64,000 nucleotides of DNA, taken from contig CAZHER010000003.1 in assembly GCA_964532005.1 (NCBI GenBank), positions 21,399 through 85,398 of the forward strand. The letters run 5' to 3'. The position numbers and the translations under genes were made by a program. The notes under the pieces were generated by a model. That model did no database searches. It saw nothing but the letters and a program-made list of their open reading frames with translations, and had not been told where the DNA came from. Below, one piece after another: positions 1 through 8,685 of the stretch (positions are counted from its first letter, which is position 1; each line of letters opens with the position of its first letter). Origin of the DNA: an uncultured Candidatus Saccharibacteria bacterium. GTDB lineage: Bacteria; Patescibacteriota; Doudnabacteria; UBA920.

Positions 1-312
1 TAAAAATAAAAGCTTATCGAAGTTATGTACGGCAAGCAAATAATGGTTTCCGAGCTCAGTATTCAGGTGCTTAATGGCGTCATAAATCTTTGGGCTTTTA
101 CGCAAAATTTCAAATTCAATACCCAGCATATCAGAGTGTTGAGTAATTGTACCGTCCAGTAAACTGACTCTAACGTAAGTATTAAAAAAGTTTTTTTCGA
201 GGAGATTATCTTTGTCTAAGACCACCGCAGACAGTTGTATAATATTGTCCTTATCCGGATCAGGTCCAGTAGTTTCAATATCTAAAAGTAAAATATCTTT
301 TATAAATTTCAT
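1..312 (-). CDS. DEDD-family 3'-5' exonuclease (DnaQ-like), partial (runs off the window start)
   Basis: Not in the ORF track because it has no stop in the window. Reverse-complement translation from the ATG at 312 gives MKFIKDILLLDIETTGPDPDKDNIIQLSAVVLD...; the LDIETTG motif is the DEDD Exo I signature. The ATG overlaps the def stop as ATGA. Confidence 0.5.
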   Translation of the reverse strand, partial: MKFIKDILLLDIETTGPDPDKDNIIQLSAVVLDKDNLLEKNFFNTYVRVSLLDGTITQHSDMLGIEFEILRKSPKIYDAIKHLNTELGNHYLLAVHNFDKLLFL

Positions 313-800
313 GGCTGGTATTTAGAAATTAGTTCTTGACCTTGGGTTATTTTATCAAACTTGTCTATTATAAGAGTATTATTTAGGTGGTCGATTTCGT
401 GCTGAATTACTCTAGCTAAAAATGTATCATCAGTGACTGTAAATTGTTTTCCTTCGATATCGTATGCTGTCATGGTGATTTTTTTGGGCCTTGTGACATG
501 GCCAAACACTCCCGGCATCGACAAACAGCCTTCTTCCATTGCTTCAGTTTCTTCCGATGTTTCCGTTATGATCGGATTTATTATGGGCATTCCACCAAGG
601 CCCGCCTCGGGAAGGTAGATTAAAGCCAGATCCAGACTTTCGCTCACCTGCGGCGCGGCCAAACCCACTCCGTTGGCAGCTTTGACTGTTTTTACCATAT
701 TATGTAAAAGACGAATATCTGACTTTTTTAGTGGAAACTGGATTTTTGTTACCGGGCGTCTCAGTACTTGGGCCGGTAGTTTGGCTATTTGTAAGATCAT
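309..800 (-). CDS. def: peptide deformylase
   Basis: All three PDF motifs are present: GLAAPQV, EGCLSMPG and QHEIDHL. Confidence 0.9.
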   Translation of the reverse strand: MILQIAKLPAQVLRRPVTKIQFPLKKSDIRLLHNMVKTVKAANGVGLAAPQVSESLDLALIYLPEAGLGGMPIINPIITETSEETEAMEEGCLSMPGVFGHVTRPKKITMTAYDIEGKQFTVTDDTFLARVIQHEIDHLNNTLIIDKFDKITQGQELISKYQP

Positions 801-1084
801 TATCCCGATTTGTCCTGTTTAAGTTCTTCGTTTCGTTTTTTGATTAAATATGCAAAAAGCTTGCCCGGAGTTTTAACGGATTTATTTTCCAATACTTCAC
901 CAGCCAGACGTCTTAAAACATTATGGTCATGCAACCCAGCTTGTTTTAAATAAAATCCGAAATGCTTCGGATCGTTAAATTTTCGGCTCAGCTCATCTGC
1001 CAAAAGGTGGTCGGGGGAGTGCAGATACTGATTTTTGACAGGCTTAGTCAGTTTGTTTGTAAATTTATTTTCAACTTTTTCCAT
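800..1084 (-). CDS. hypothetical small protein, translationally coupled to def (1-nt TAATG overlap)
   Basis: 94-aa ORF with no recognisable motifs and no clear SD. Confidence 0.35.
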   Translation of the reverse strand: MEKVENKFTNKLTKPVKNQYLHSPDHLLADELSRKFNDPKHFGFYLKQAGLHDHNVLRRLAGEVLENKSVKTPGKLFAYLIKKRNEELKQDKSG

Positions 1085-1148
1085 ATGCTTATTATAACTT
1101 ATTTATATAGTGGGCAAAAGCCCAAATTTTCAGTATAATTAATGCTGT

Positions 1149-1979
1149 ATGTTCAATTATAGCGTTTCAAAAATTACTGCTATAGCAATTGTATTATCTC
1201 TCACAGGCATAGCCTGGGTGCAGCGGGACGCCCTAGCTGAACTGTTGATCCGCATGGGCGGTTTTTCAGGGTTTCAGCGCGTACTAAACTTCGTTCATAA
1301 AGACACAATCCTACCTGAACCATTAAGCTATATTAGCTCGGGACAGATGGGGGATTTGACCGTACAAGGAGTGATACAAGAAACCAATTCTCAGCGTGAC
1401 AAGAAAGGTTTGCCGCCGCTACGCGAAAATTTGCAATTAGACAAATCCGCTCGTTTAAAAATGCAAGACATGTTTAACAAGCAATATTTTGAGCATGAAT
1501 CGCCAGATGGCAAAGGTCCTTCCGACTTGGCTGATGAAGTTGGCTACGAGTACTTAATGGTGGGTGAAAATTTAGCAGAAGGCAGTTTTCAGAGTGATCT
1601 TGATTTGGTTCAAGCATGGATGGACAGCCCCGGACATAGAGCAAATATTTTACATAATAAGTTTCAGGAAATAGGCGTTGCCGTGGGTAAGGGAAAATTT
1701 GAAGGACGAACTGTCTGGATAGCTGTTCAGAGTTTTGGAGTACCAGCTTCGGTATGCATACACCCTTCCAACTCAAGTCAGCAAAAAATATCTCAAAATA
1801 ATAAAAGGATCAGTGAATTGAAGAATCAGGCAGATGTTGCCAAGCAAATCGGTGATGTTGAGGAATATAATAATTATGCTACTCAAATAAATCAACTGGT
1901 CTCAGAAACAAAAATATTGGTTAACCAGTACAATGACAGTGTTGATGTTTATAATTCTTGTTTGGAGGCAAATTCCTAA
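1149..1979 (+). CDS. CAP/SCP/PR-1 domain secreted protein (YkwD-like) with N-terminal signal anchor
   Basis: N-terminal hydrophobic segment; CAP-domain signature GENLAEGSF...AWMDSPGHRANIL...GVAVG. Confidence 0.7.
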   Translation: MFNYSVSKITAIAIVLSLTGIAWVQRDALAELLIRMGGFSGFQRVLNFVHKDTILPEPLSYISSGQMGDLTVQGVIQETNSQRDKKGLPPLRENLQLDKSARLKMQDMFNKQYFEHESPDGKGPSDLADEVGYEYLMVGENLAEGSFQSDLDLVQAWMDSPGHRANILHNKFQEIGVAVGKGKFEGRTVWIAVQSFGVPASVCIHPSNSSQQKISQNNKRISELKNQADVAKQIGDVEEYNNYATQINQLVSETKILVNQYNDSVDVYNSCLEANS

Positions 1980-2803
1980 TGGCTCGCGTTTCTATTGCTG
2001 GTTTAATGGTCGATACTGACCCGGCAGAAGCAATTTTTCATAAGATACGTTTGCGTCTGCGAGAAAACAAAAAAACTTTTATGGTGACGCCCTATTCAGA
2101 ATTTCTATACGCTGCTATGCAGGACAAGGCAATTATGGGTTTGCTTAATACAGCTGATATTTCTGTTCCAGACGGAATAGCGATTGTGTTAGCCAGAGCA
2201 TTTTTGCAGAAACCTTTGAGTTTTAAGAATCGATTATTGAAACAAATGCAAGGGTGGTGGCAGATGTATTGGCTAGGCATGGGGCTTTTGTTTTCCAGAA
2301 AAAAAGTTTATGGTCCGTTTAGTTCAAAAGTTGTCGGAGCAGATTTCGTATGGAAAATCGCTGAAGCAGCAGCACTCGAGAAGAAATCTATTTATGTTTT
2401 GGGAGGATTCGGTGATACACCTAAGATAACCGCGGAAAAATTACAGGAAAAATTTCCCGATCTTAATATAGCAGGATTTTCTAACAAACCTAAGACCGAT
2501 CAATCTCTTGTTGCTGACATACAGTCTGCACGACCAGATATTCTGTTGGTCGGTTTTGGTCCCATAGTACAGGAGCGGTGGATCAAATCCCACTGGGATA
2601 ATTTGCCAATATCGCTAGCAGTTGGTTTGGGGGGGACTTTCGACTATATAGCAGGAGCAAAGTCTGCTCCTCCTCGCATTATGAGAAGCTTAGGTCTGGA
2701 ATGGCTATATAGGCTATTTACCCAGCCTTCACGCGCAGGAAGGATTAAAAATGCCACTTTTGGCTTAGTTAAGGCTTTGATTAACTTCAAGGCTTCTGTA
2801 TAA
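1979..2803 (+). CDS. WecB/TagA/CpsF-family glycosyltransferase
   Basis: Family motifs DISVPDGIAIV, SIYVLGG and ILLVGFGPIVQERWI. The ORF track starts it at 1958, but the ATG at 1979 overlaps the upstream stop as TAATG and is the more likely start. Confidence 0.7.
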   Translation: MARVSIAGLMVDTDPAEAIFHKIRLRLRENKKTFMVTPYSEFLYAAMQDKAIMGLLNTADISVPDGIAIVLARAFLQKPLSFKNRLLKQMQGWWQMYWLGMGLLFSRKKVYGPFSSKVVGADFVWKIAEAAALEKKSIYVLGGFGDTPKITAEKLQEKFPDLNIAGFSNKPKTDQSLVADIQSARPDILLVGFGPIVQERWIKSHWDNLPISLAVGLGGTFDYIAGAKSAPPRIMRSLGLEWLYRLFTQPSRAGRIKNATFGLVKALINFKASV

Positions 2804-2825
2804 TAAACTGTAACTCACAAAATTT

Positions 2826-4343
2826 ATGATAGAGACAGGATCTAAAATTAGAACCCGATTTGCTCCAAGCCCCACAGGTCATATTCATGTTGGAAATTTC
2901 CGTACCGCATTGTTTGCATTCTTGTTTGCCCGCCACAATTCCGGAGTGAACGTCCTTCGTATTGAAGATACAGATCAAAACCGCCTCGTAGAGGGAGCGG
3001 TTGAAAGTTTACTTTCGGTTATGCGGAATATGGGAGTGGAGTTTGATGAAGGGTATCACTTAAAAGAAGACGGCAGTCTGGAAACCAGAGGTGAGTATGG
3101 GCCCTACGTTCAGTCGCAAAGGTTGGATATTTACCATAAGTACGTTCAAGATTTAATTGATGGAGGGTATGCTTACTACTGTTTTTGCAGTAGCGAGCGT
3201 TTAGATGAAATTCGCAAAGAACAGATTGCTTTAAAGAAGCCACCGATGTATGACAGGCATTGCCGGAATCTTGCTAAAGAAGAGGTTGGGTCAAAAATTG
3301 CTGAACTAAAATCCGAAGGCAAAAACCCTGTGGTGAGACAGGCAATACCAACAGAAGGACAGACCGTAGTGCACGACATTATTTACGGCGATATTACTTT
3401 TGACAATTCAATATTAGATGACCAAGTAATTTTGAAATCCGATGGTTACCCCACTTATCATTTAGCTGTTGTTGTGGACGATCATTTTATGGAAATTTCT
3501 CACGTTATCCGCGGTGAGGATTGGATTAATTCTACCCCAAAACACGTATTGCTGTATCAGGCTTTCGGTTGGCAACCGACAATATTTGCACATGTACCAA
3601 ATATTTTGAATCAGGACAAAACAAAGCTTTCAAAAAGACAGGGGGATGTAACTGTTGAGGACTTTCTTGCTAAAGGGTATCTAAAAGAAGCTTTGGTAAA
3701 TTTTGTCGCCTTTTTAGGTTGGAATCCAAAGACAGAACAAGAACTGTTTTCTATGGAAGACTTGATTCGAGAATTTGACCTCGCTAAAGTTAACCGCGCT
3801 GGTGCAGTATTCGACCAAAATAAACTTGATTGGATGAACGGCTTGTATATTAGAAGCAAGACCAACACAGAATTGGTGGACATGGTTCAGTCATTTTGGA
3901 AAAATAGCGGCGTAGATGTGGAAAAATATAGCAAGGAATATTTAGAGGGTATAGTATCGTTAGAAAAAGAGCGGATGAAAAAGCTATCCGATATCACAGA
4001 CAGTACCTCGTACTTTTTTAGTAGGCCAAAAGTAGCAAGTAATTTGCTTGTGTGGAGAAAAAGTAATTCTGAACAAACAGGCAAGGTATTGCAGGATCTT
4101 GTTCGGTTTTTCGATCAGACTGATGATACAGATTTTGTGAAAGAGACACTAGAGTTGAAATTAAAAGTTTTTATCGAAACTAACAACTATGACAATGGTA
4201 CAGTGCTGTGGCCTTTGAGATATGCTTTAACTGGTATGGAAAAAAGTCCTGGGCCTTTTGAAGTTGCCTCCGTGCTTCATTTAGGCTTAGGAAAACAAGA
4301 GATTATTGAACGTTTAAAACTAGCTGAGCAATCTTTGTCGTAA
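2826..4343 (+). CDS. gltX: glutamyl-tRNA synthetase
   Basis: Class I HIGH motif (PSPTGHIHVGNFRTALF) and KMSKS-like KLSKRQ; 505 aa. Confidence 0.9.
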   Translation: MIETGSKIRTRFAPSPTGHIHVGNFRTALFAFLFARHNSGVNVLRIEDTDQNRLVEGAVESLLSVMRNMGVEFDEGYHLKEDGSLETRGEYGPYVQSQRLDIYHKYVQDLIDGGYAYYCFCSSERLDEIRKEQIALKKPPMYDRHCRNLAKEEVGSKIAELKSEGKNPVVRQAIPTEGQTVVHDIIYGDITFDNSILDDQVILKSDGYPTYHLAVVVDDHFMEISHVIRGEDWINSTPKHVLLYQAFGWQPTIFAHVPNILNQDKTKLSKRQGDVTVEDFLAKGYLKEALVNFVAFLGWNPKTEQELFSMEDLIREFDLAKVNRAGAVFDQNKLDWMNGLYIRSKTNTELVDMVQSFWKNSGVDVEKYSKEYLEGIVSLEKERMKKLSDITDSTSYFFSRPKVASNLLVWRKSNSEQTGKVLQDLVRFFDQTDDTDFVKETLELKLKVFIETNNYDNGTVLWPLRYALTGMEKSPGPFEVASVLHLGLGKQEIIERLKLAEQSLS

Positions 4344-4345
4344 AT

Positions 4346-4375
4346 TTGGCTAAAACTTCAGTTTTGTGCTATAAT
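4346..4375 (+). promoter_or_regulatory. sigma70-like promoter TTGGCT-18 nt-TATAAT (with TGc extended -10) upstream of the M23 peptidase gene
   Basis: Hexamers at 4346-4351 and 4370-4375, about 12 nt before the ATG at 4387. Confidence 0.4.
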
Positions 4376-4386
4376 GTTGCCATAAT

Positions 4387-5673
4387 ATGAAGAAAAGCCA
4401 TAAAGAAATAAAAACAAAAATATTATATTCTGCCATCTCGGTCGGTCTTATATTTGGGGCCGGTTTTTTGGTTTTTAATTCAGTTTCAGCAGAAACAAGA
4501 CAACAATTACAAGACAAGCTCAGCAACCTTAACAGTAAAATAGGGGAGCTGACCCAAAATGTAAATCGGTTACGCCAACAGGGAGCCACTTTAAAAAACG
4601 AAATTGAGATATATGATTCTCAGATTGCTTCTACAGAATTGGAAATTCAAGCTAACAACACCAGGATTGCAGATATCACCTTGCAGATAGAAGATATCCA
4701 GGTACAGATAGAAAGGAGAGAAAAGGAAATTGCGGATAACAGGAAAATTTTAGCAGAGCTGGTGGTTCAACTGAATGAATTAGACAACAACACTTTTTTG
4801 ACCATGACTTTGGGAAGCGATAATTTTTCATCTTTCTTAGACCAAGTGCAATACACGAAAAGCGTAAATCAGCAGGTGTACGATCTGGTTCAGAAAATAA
4901 AAGATGTAAAACAAAAATTGGAAGATCAGCAAAAAGAACTGAAAGCCCAATTACAGCGCTTAAGCGAACTAAAAGAGGAATTAGAACAAAATCAAGCAGC
5001 TTTAGACGAGCAACGTTCCTCAAAGCAAACCTTGTTAAGTCAAACCCAGGGACAAGAGGGCAAGTATCAAAAAGCTTTAGCTGCCAGCCGCAATGAGCAA
5101 GCTGATGTTCTTCAGGAAATTCAAGGTTTGGATGCGAAAGCTCGAGGTAGCGGGAGCAAAAGTATTGCTGCAAGCAAAGGTGTGCTGGCTTGGCCGATGG
5201 AAGGGGTAATGACTCAAGGATACGGCAACACCGGCTTTACTTCTTTGGGCTATAATTTTCATAACGGTATAGATATTGCAGCTCCTGCTGGCAGGCCAAT
5301 TTACGTTCCGGCAGATGGTACGGTGGTTCGCTGTGCTGGCGGAGCTGCCGCATACGGCAACTGGTGTACTATCAAGCACACCATCGCTACTAAGTCTGGA
5401 AACAGACAAATAGTTACTTTGTTTGCCCATATGACAAAATATGTTTTATCCGGCGGACAAACTGTCAAACGAGGAGACCTGGTCGGTTATGAAGGGAATA
5501 CCGGGAACACCTCTCGTTTGTTGTACGGCCCTGACCGAGGGTATCATTTGCATTTTAGTGTTTTTGATGCAGACGGATTCACCATTACGCCAGGAAAATA
5601 TTCAGCAACTTATGGTCCTTATTTCGTGCCAAGCGGATATACGTATAATCCTTTAGACTTTTTAGGAAAATAA
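4387..5673 (+). CDS. secreted coiled-coil protein with C-terminal M23 (LytM) metalloendopeptidase domain (EnvC-like)
   Basis: Signal peptide, a long heptad-rich coiled coil, then M23 motifs HNGIDIAAP...GRPIYVPADGTV...YHLHFSV. Confidence 0.8.
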   Translation: MKKSHKEIKTKILYSAISVGLIFGAGFLVFNSVSAETRQQLQDKLSNLNSKIGELTQNVNRLRQQGATLKNEIEIYDSQIASTELEIQANNTRIADITLQIEDIQVQIERREKEIADNRKILAELVVQLNELDNNTFLTMTLGSDNFSSFLDQVQYTKSVNQQVYDLVQKIKDVKQKLEDQQKELKAQLQRLSELKEELEQNQAALDEQRSSKQTLLSQTQGQEGKYQKALAASRNEQADVLQEIQGLDAKARGSGSKSIAASKGVLAWPMEGVMTQGYGNTGFTSLGYNFHNGIDIAAPAGRPIYVPADGTVVRCAGGAAAYGNWCTIKHTIATKSGNRQIVTLFAHMTKYVLSGGQTVKRGDLVGYEGNTGNTSRLLYGPDRGYHLHFSVFDADGFTITPGKYSATYGPYFVPSGYTYNPLDFLGK

Positions 5674-5678
5674 CATAG

Positions 5679-6869
5679 ATGACACAAAAACAAAAAATTT
5701 ATAAGCTGGCTTTGGGAACAGCTTTGCTGTCTTTGCAGTTTTTGTTTTTTGTACCAGGTGCTGAGGCTCAAAACAACACCCCCACCAACAGCACTCCAGC
5801 AAATGAGCAAGGAAGATATGTAGGCAGGGGAGTGGAAGCTTCTATTCGCAGGCTTTTGTGTGCTCCTTCTGATTCATCAAGCGTACCAACCACCAATGGC
5901 GCAGTTGGTACCACAGTAGCCAAGGGAAGCAGCTCATCTCAAGACCTTTCCAACTGTATCAACAGGGGATATCGCTTTGCCCTAGCTTTCGGAGCAGTAG
6001 CTGCAGTATTCTTTTTTGTTCTTGCAGGGTATATGTACATGGTAGGTGGAGAAAATGGCAAACATGAAGCCAAGAACGTAATTATCTCTGTTATTGTTGG
6101 TTTTCTCATTATGTTATCTTCCTTTGTCCTGTTGCAACAAATCAATCCCACCTTAGTTTCCTTCCGCACCATTCAACCACCTCAGCTGGGGGGACAATAC
6201 TCACTCTTGCCTTCTTGTAGTGATTTAAAGCTTGGTATTGGTGAAGATTGTCAATTTGAGGATGGTTCGCCAGGAGTAAGCAACGGAAATGGCGGTGGCA
6301 TGACTCCACAAGGCGGGACAATGACTGGCAAAAGCGGCAAAGTGTGTAGTATGGGGAAAGACGAAGATTTGCAAACCCATGCTAAATGTAGCTTAGACTC
6401 GCGTTTGGAAAATGCATTTCAGGCTGCGGCTCGTGAGACAGGGATTGACGCTAATTTTATGAAAGCCATTGCTACAAAAGAGAGTCATTGGGATGAGTCC
6501 GCTATAAGTTGGACTAGATGCTGCAAGGGTCTTATGCAAATGTCAGACGCCACAGCAGCAAGATTTGGCTGTACTGGAAACGATTGGAAAACCAAAGGGG
6601 AAGTTATTATTCCTTGCGCAGCACGATATATGAAATATTTACGCGATAAATACGCTGGGAATGATTATGTTAAAATTGCTGCAGGTTATAACGCAGGTGA
6701 AGGCAGGTTGTCCCCAAGTCCGAATTGTCCTGGTATGGTAGTGGCTCTCTGCCCATTCAGAGACGCCGCCCAAACTGCTTGCATAGTGGGTGTAAATTCT
6801 TTAGAGCAGACGCGAAATTACGTTGTCACAGTGGCCAGATTTTATAATGAATATAAACAATGTCGATAA
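5679..6869 (+). CDS. T4SS-pilin-like (TrbC/VirB2-type two-TM hairpin) N-terminal module fused to SLT lytic transglycosylase domain
   Basis: Signal peptide; TM hairpin FALAFGAVAAVFFFVLAGYMYMVGGENGKHEAKNVIISVIVGFLIMLSSFVLL; C-terminal SLT signature KESHWDES...GLMQMSD...AGYNAG. Confidence 0.6.
   Translation: MTQKQKIYKLALGTALLSLQFLFFVPGAEAQNNTPTNSTPANEQGRYVGRGVEASIRRLLCAPSDSSSVPTTNGAVGTTVAKGSSSSQDLSNCINRGYRFALAFGAVAAVFFFVLAGYMYMVGGENGKHEAKNVIISVIVGFLIMLSSFVLLQQINPTLVSFRTIQPPQLGGQYSLLPSCSDLKLGIGEDCQFEDGSPGVSNGNGGGMTPQGGTMTGKSGKVCSMGKDEDLQTHAKCSLDSRLENAFQAAARETGIDANFMKAIATKESHWDESAISWTRCCKGLMQMSDATAARFGCTGNDWKTKGEVIIPCAARYMKYLRDKYAGNDYVKIAAGYNAGEGRLSPSPNCPGMVVALCPFRDAAQTACIVGVNSLEQTRNYVVTVARFYNEYKQCR
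5771..6193. repeat. copy 1 of an exact 423-bp direct duplication (second copy at 7544-7966, offset 1773 bp)
   Basis: Nucleotide strings compared block by block are identical. The identical 77-aa antisense ORFs at 5939-6172 and 7712-7945 confirm it. Boundaries are set by mismatches at 5770/7543 and 6194/7967. Confidence 0.85.
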
Positions 6870-7417
6870 TCCAACAATATAAGATATACTTTGTAGCAGG
6901 TTTTATCCTAATTTTGTTAGGGGTTGTGGCCGCAGTATATATATTTAAAGATGATTTAAAATTTGGAACCAGTTCAACAACGAATAAAATAAAAGTTGAA
7001 GGGAAACAGACAGAGGAGACAAAAAAATTATCCGAGCAGTTAAATTACCCTGGTAGCCCGCAAAAAGAGATTTCCGAAGACTGGATTTATTATAAAACTG
7101 ACCAGGGTTCAATCCGGATTAAGAATTTTTTCCCAAAAGACTATGACCCTTCAACCACCAAGCCATTTTTGATTACTGATAATGCTGATTATAAAATTGA
7201 ATATATAGCCGATGGAGACATGTATGAGGTGACTCTTAAGAGTACCAAAGGTAACCTGCAACAACTTCGTCAGAAAGCTGAGCTGGAGCTGGTAAATAAA
7301 TTTGGCACAAATAAATCAGATATTTGCCAATTACCAATTTTTGTTTATGAAGAAAATATAGATGCTTATAGGCCGAACAAATATAATCTAGGCCTGACAT
7401 TTTGTCCTTTAAATTAG
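6860..7417 (+). CDS. hypothetical membrane-anchored protein
   Basis: N-terminal TM (FVAGFILILLGVVAAVYIF); otherwise no motifs. Overlaps the upstream gene by 10 nt. Confidence 0.4.
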   Translation: MSIIQQYKIYFVAGFILILLGVVAAVYIFKDDLKFGTSSTTNKIKVEGKQTEETKKLSEQLNYPGSPQKEISEDWIYYKTDQGSIRIKNFFPKDYDPSTTKPFLITDNADYKIEYIADGDMYEVTLKSTKGNLQQLRQKAELELVNKFGTNKSDICQLPIFVYEENIDAYRPNKYNLGLTFCPLN

Positions 7418-7427
7418 TTAAATCAAA

Positions 7428-8672
7428 ATGATGACAAAGAATAAATTATTTAAAAGTTTGTTATTAGGAGTATTATTACTTGGGATATTATTCTCATATT
7501 CTTCAATAGCACAAGCAGACATAATTCCCAATCCCGTTCCTACAAACAACACCCCCACCAACAGCACTCCAGCAAATGAGCAAGGAAGATATGTAGGCAG
7601 GGGAGTGGAAGCTTCTATTCGCAGGCTTTTGTGTGCTCCTTCTGATTCATCAAGCGTACCAACCACCAATGGCGCAGTTGGTACCACAGTAGCCAAGGGA
7701 AGCAGCTCATCTCAAGACCTTTCCAACTGTATCAACAGGGGATATCGCTTTGCCCTAGCTTTCGGAGCAGTAGCTGCAGTATTCTTTTTTGTTCTTGCAG
7801 GGTATATGTACATGGTAGGTGGAGAAAATGGCAAACATGAAGCCAAGAACGTAATTATCTCTGTTATTGTTGGTTTTCTCATTATGTTATCTTCCTTTGT
7901 CCTGTTGCAACAAATCAATCCCACCTTAGTTTCCTTCCGCACCATTCAACCACCTCAGCTGGGGGGCAATTATACCATTGCTTCTTGCAAGGAGTTAGGT
8001 TTGGGAGATGACTGTGGTAGTCCCTCGGGAGATAATGGACCAGCTGATCCGAACGAAAACAGCCCTGTTGGGGATGGCCAAGAAAAAAATGGGGTAGTAT
8101 ATGGAGGGGGACGCTACAGGAATTTCCCTAGATTTGCCCAGACAGATCCACCATGGGCTCCAAAGAAGTATGGTAGGCAGTCCGGGTGCAGTACATATTA
8201 TGACGGAGGCTGTGGCCCTTCTGCATTTGCTGCCATTGCCCAGTATTATTACCAAAATGGAGGGGCTAAAATTTCACCCGACATCGCTTCTAAATATGGA
8301 AATCAAATTAATCCATTCACAGTCGGTGAATATGCAGTTGACAAGGGCCAAAGGGCTTGTCCCGGTGGTTCTTACGGGACGTTGGCTGCAACTGTAGCGC
8401 CAGCTTTTGGTTTAAAGGCGCAGCCAGCAGGATGGGGTACGATTGTTACAAATCTTGAAAAGGGCGTACCAGCTTGGGTTTCAATGGGAGGACTACCTTT
8501 TACTACGGGCGGACATTTTATTGTGTTAATTGCCAAAAAAGGAGATGAGATATACATTGTAGATAGTTATAAAAGAAATATTACTAGAGCAAAAGCTAGT
8601 ATAGTGCAAGCCCACTTCAAATATGGCTCTGTTGTCACATCGCCAACATTTACTCCACCAGTGCCAAATTAG
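7428..8672 (+). CDS. T4SS-pilin-like N-terminal module (identical to 5679-6869 over about 140 aa) fused to C39/papain-like cysteine peptidase domain
   Basis: Signal peptide, the shared TM hairpin, and a C-terminal Cys...His...Asp arrangement (GGCGPSAFAAIAQYY ... GGHFIVLIAKKGDEIYIVDSY). Confidence 0.6.
   Translation: MMTKNKLFKSLLLGVLLLGILFSYSSIAQADIIPNPVPTNNTPTNSTPANEQGRYVGRGVEASIRRLLCAPSDSSSVPTTNGAVGTTVAKGSSSSQDLSNCINRGYRFALAFGAVAAVFFFVLAGYMYMVGGENGKHEAKNVIISVIVGFLIMLSSFVLLQQINPTLVSFRTIQPPQLGGNYTIASCKELGLGDDCGSPSGDNGPADPNENSPVGDGQEKNGVVYGGGRYRNFPRFAQTDPPWAPKKYGRQSGCSTYYDGGCGPSAFAAIAQYYYQNGGAKISPDIASKYGNQINPFTVGEYAVDKGQRACPGGSYGTLAATVAPAFGLKAQPAGWGTIVTNLEKGVPAWVSMGGLPFTTGGHFIVLIAKKGDEIYIVDSYKRNITRAKASIVQAHFKYGSVVTSPTFTPPVPN
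7544..7966. repeat. copy 2 of the exact 423-bp direct duplication
   Basis: See copy 1 (5771-6193). Confidence 0.85.
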
Positions 8673-8685
8673 TCATGTTAAATAT

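Noticed and set aside
5939-6172. Identical 77-aa minus-strand ORFs at 5939-6172 and 7712-7945
   Set aside because: They are antisense frame shadows that are identical only because they lie inside the 423-bp duplication. There is no SD and they fully overlap the sense genes.
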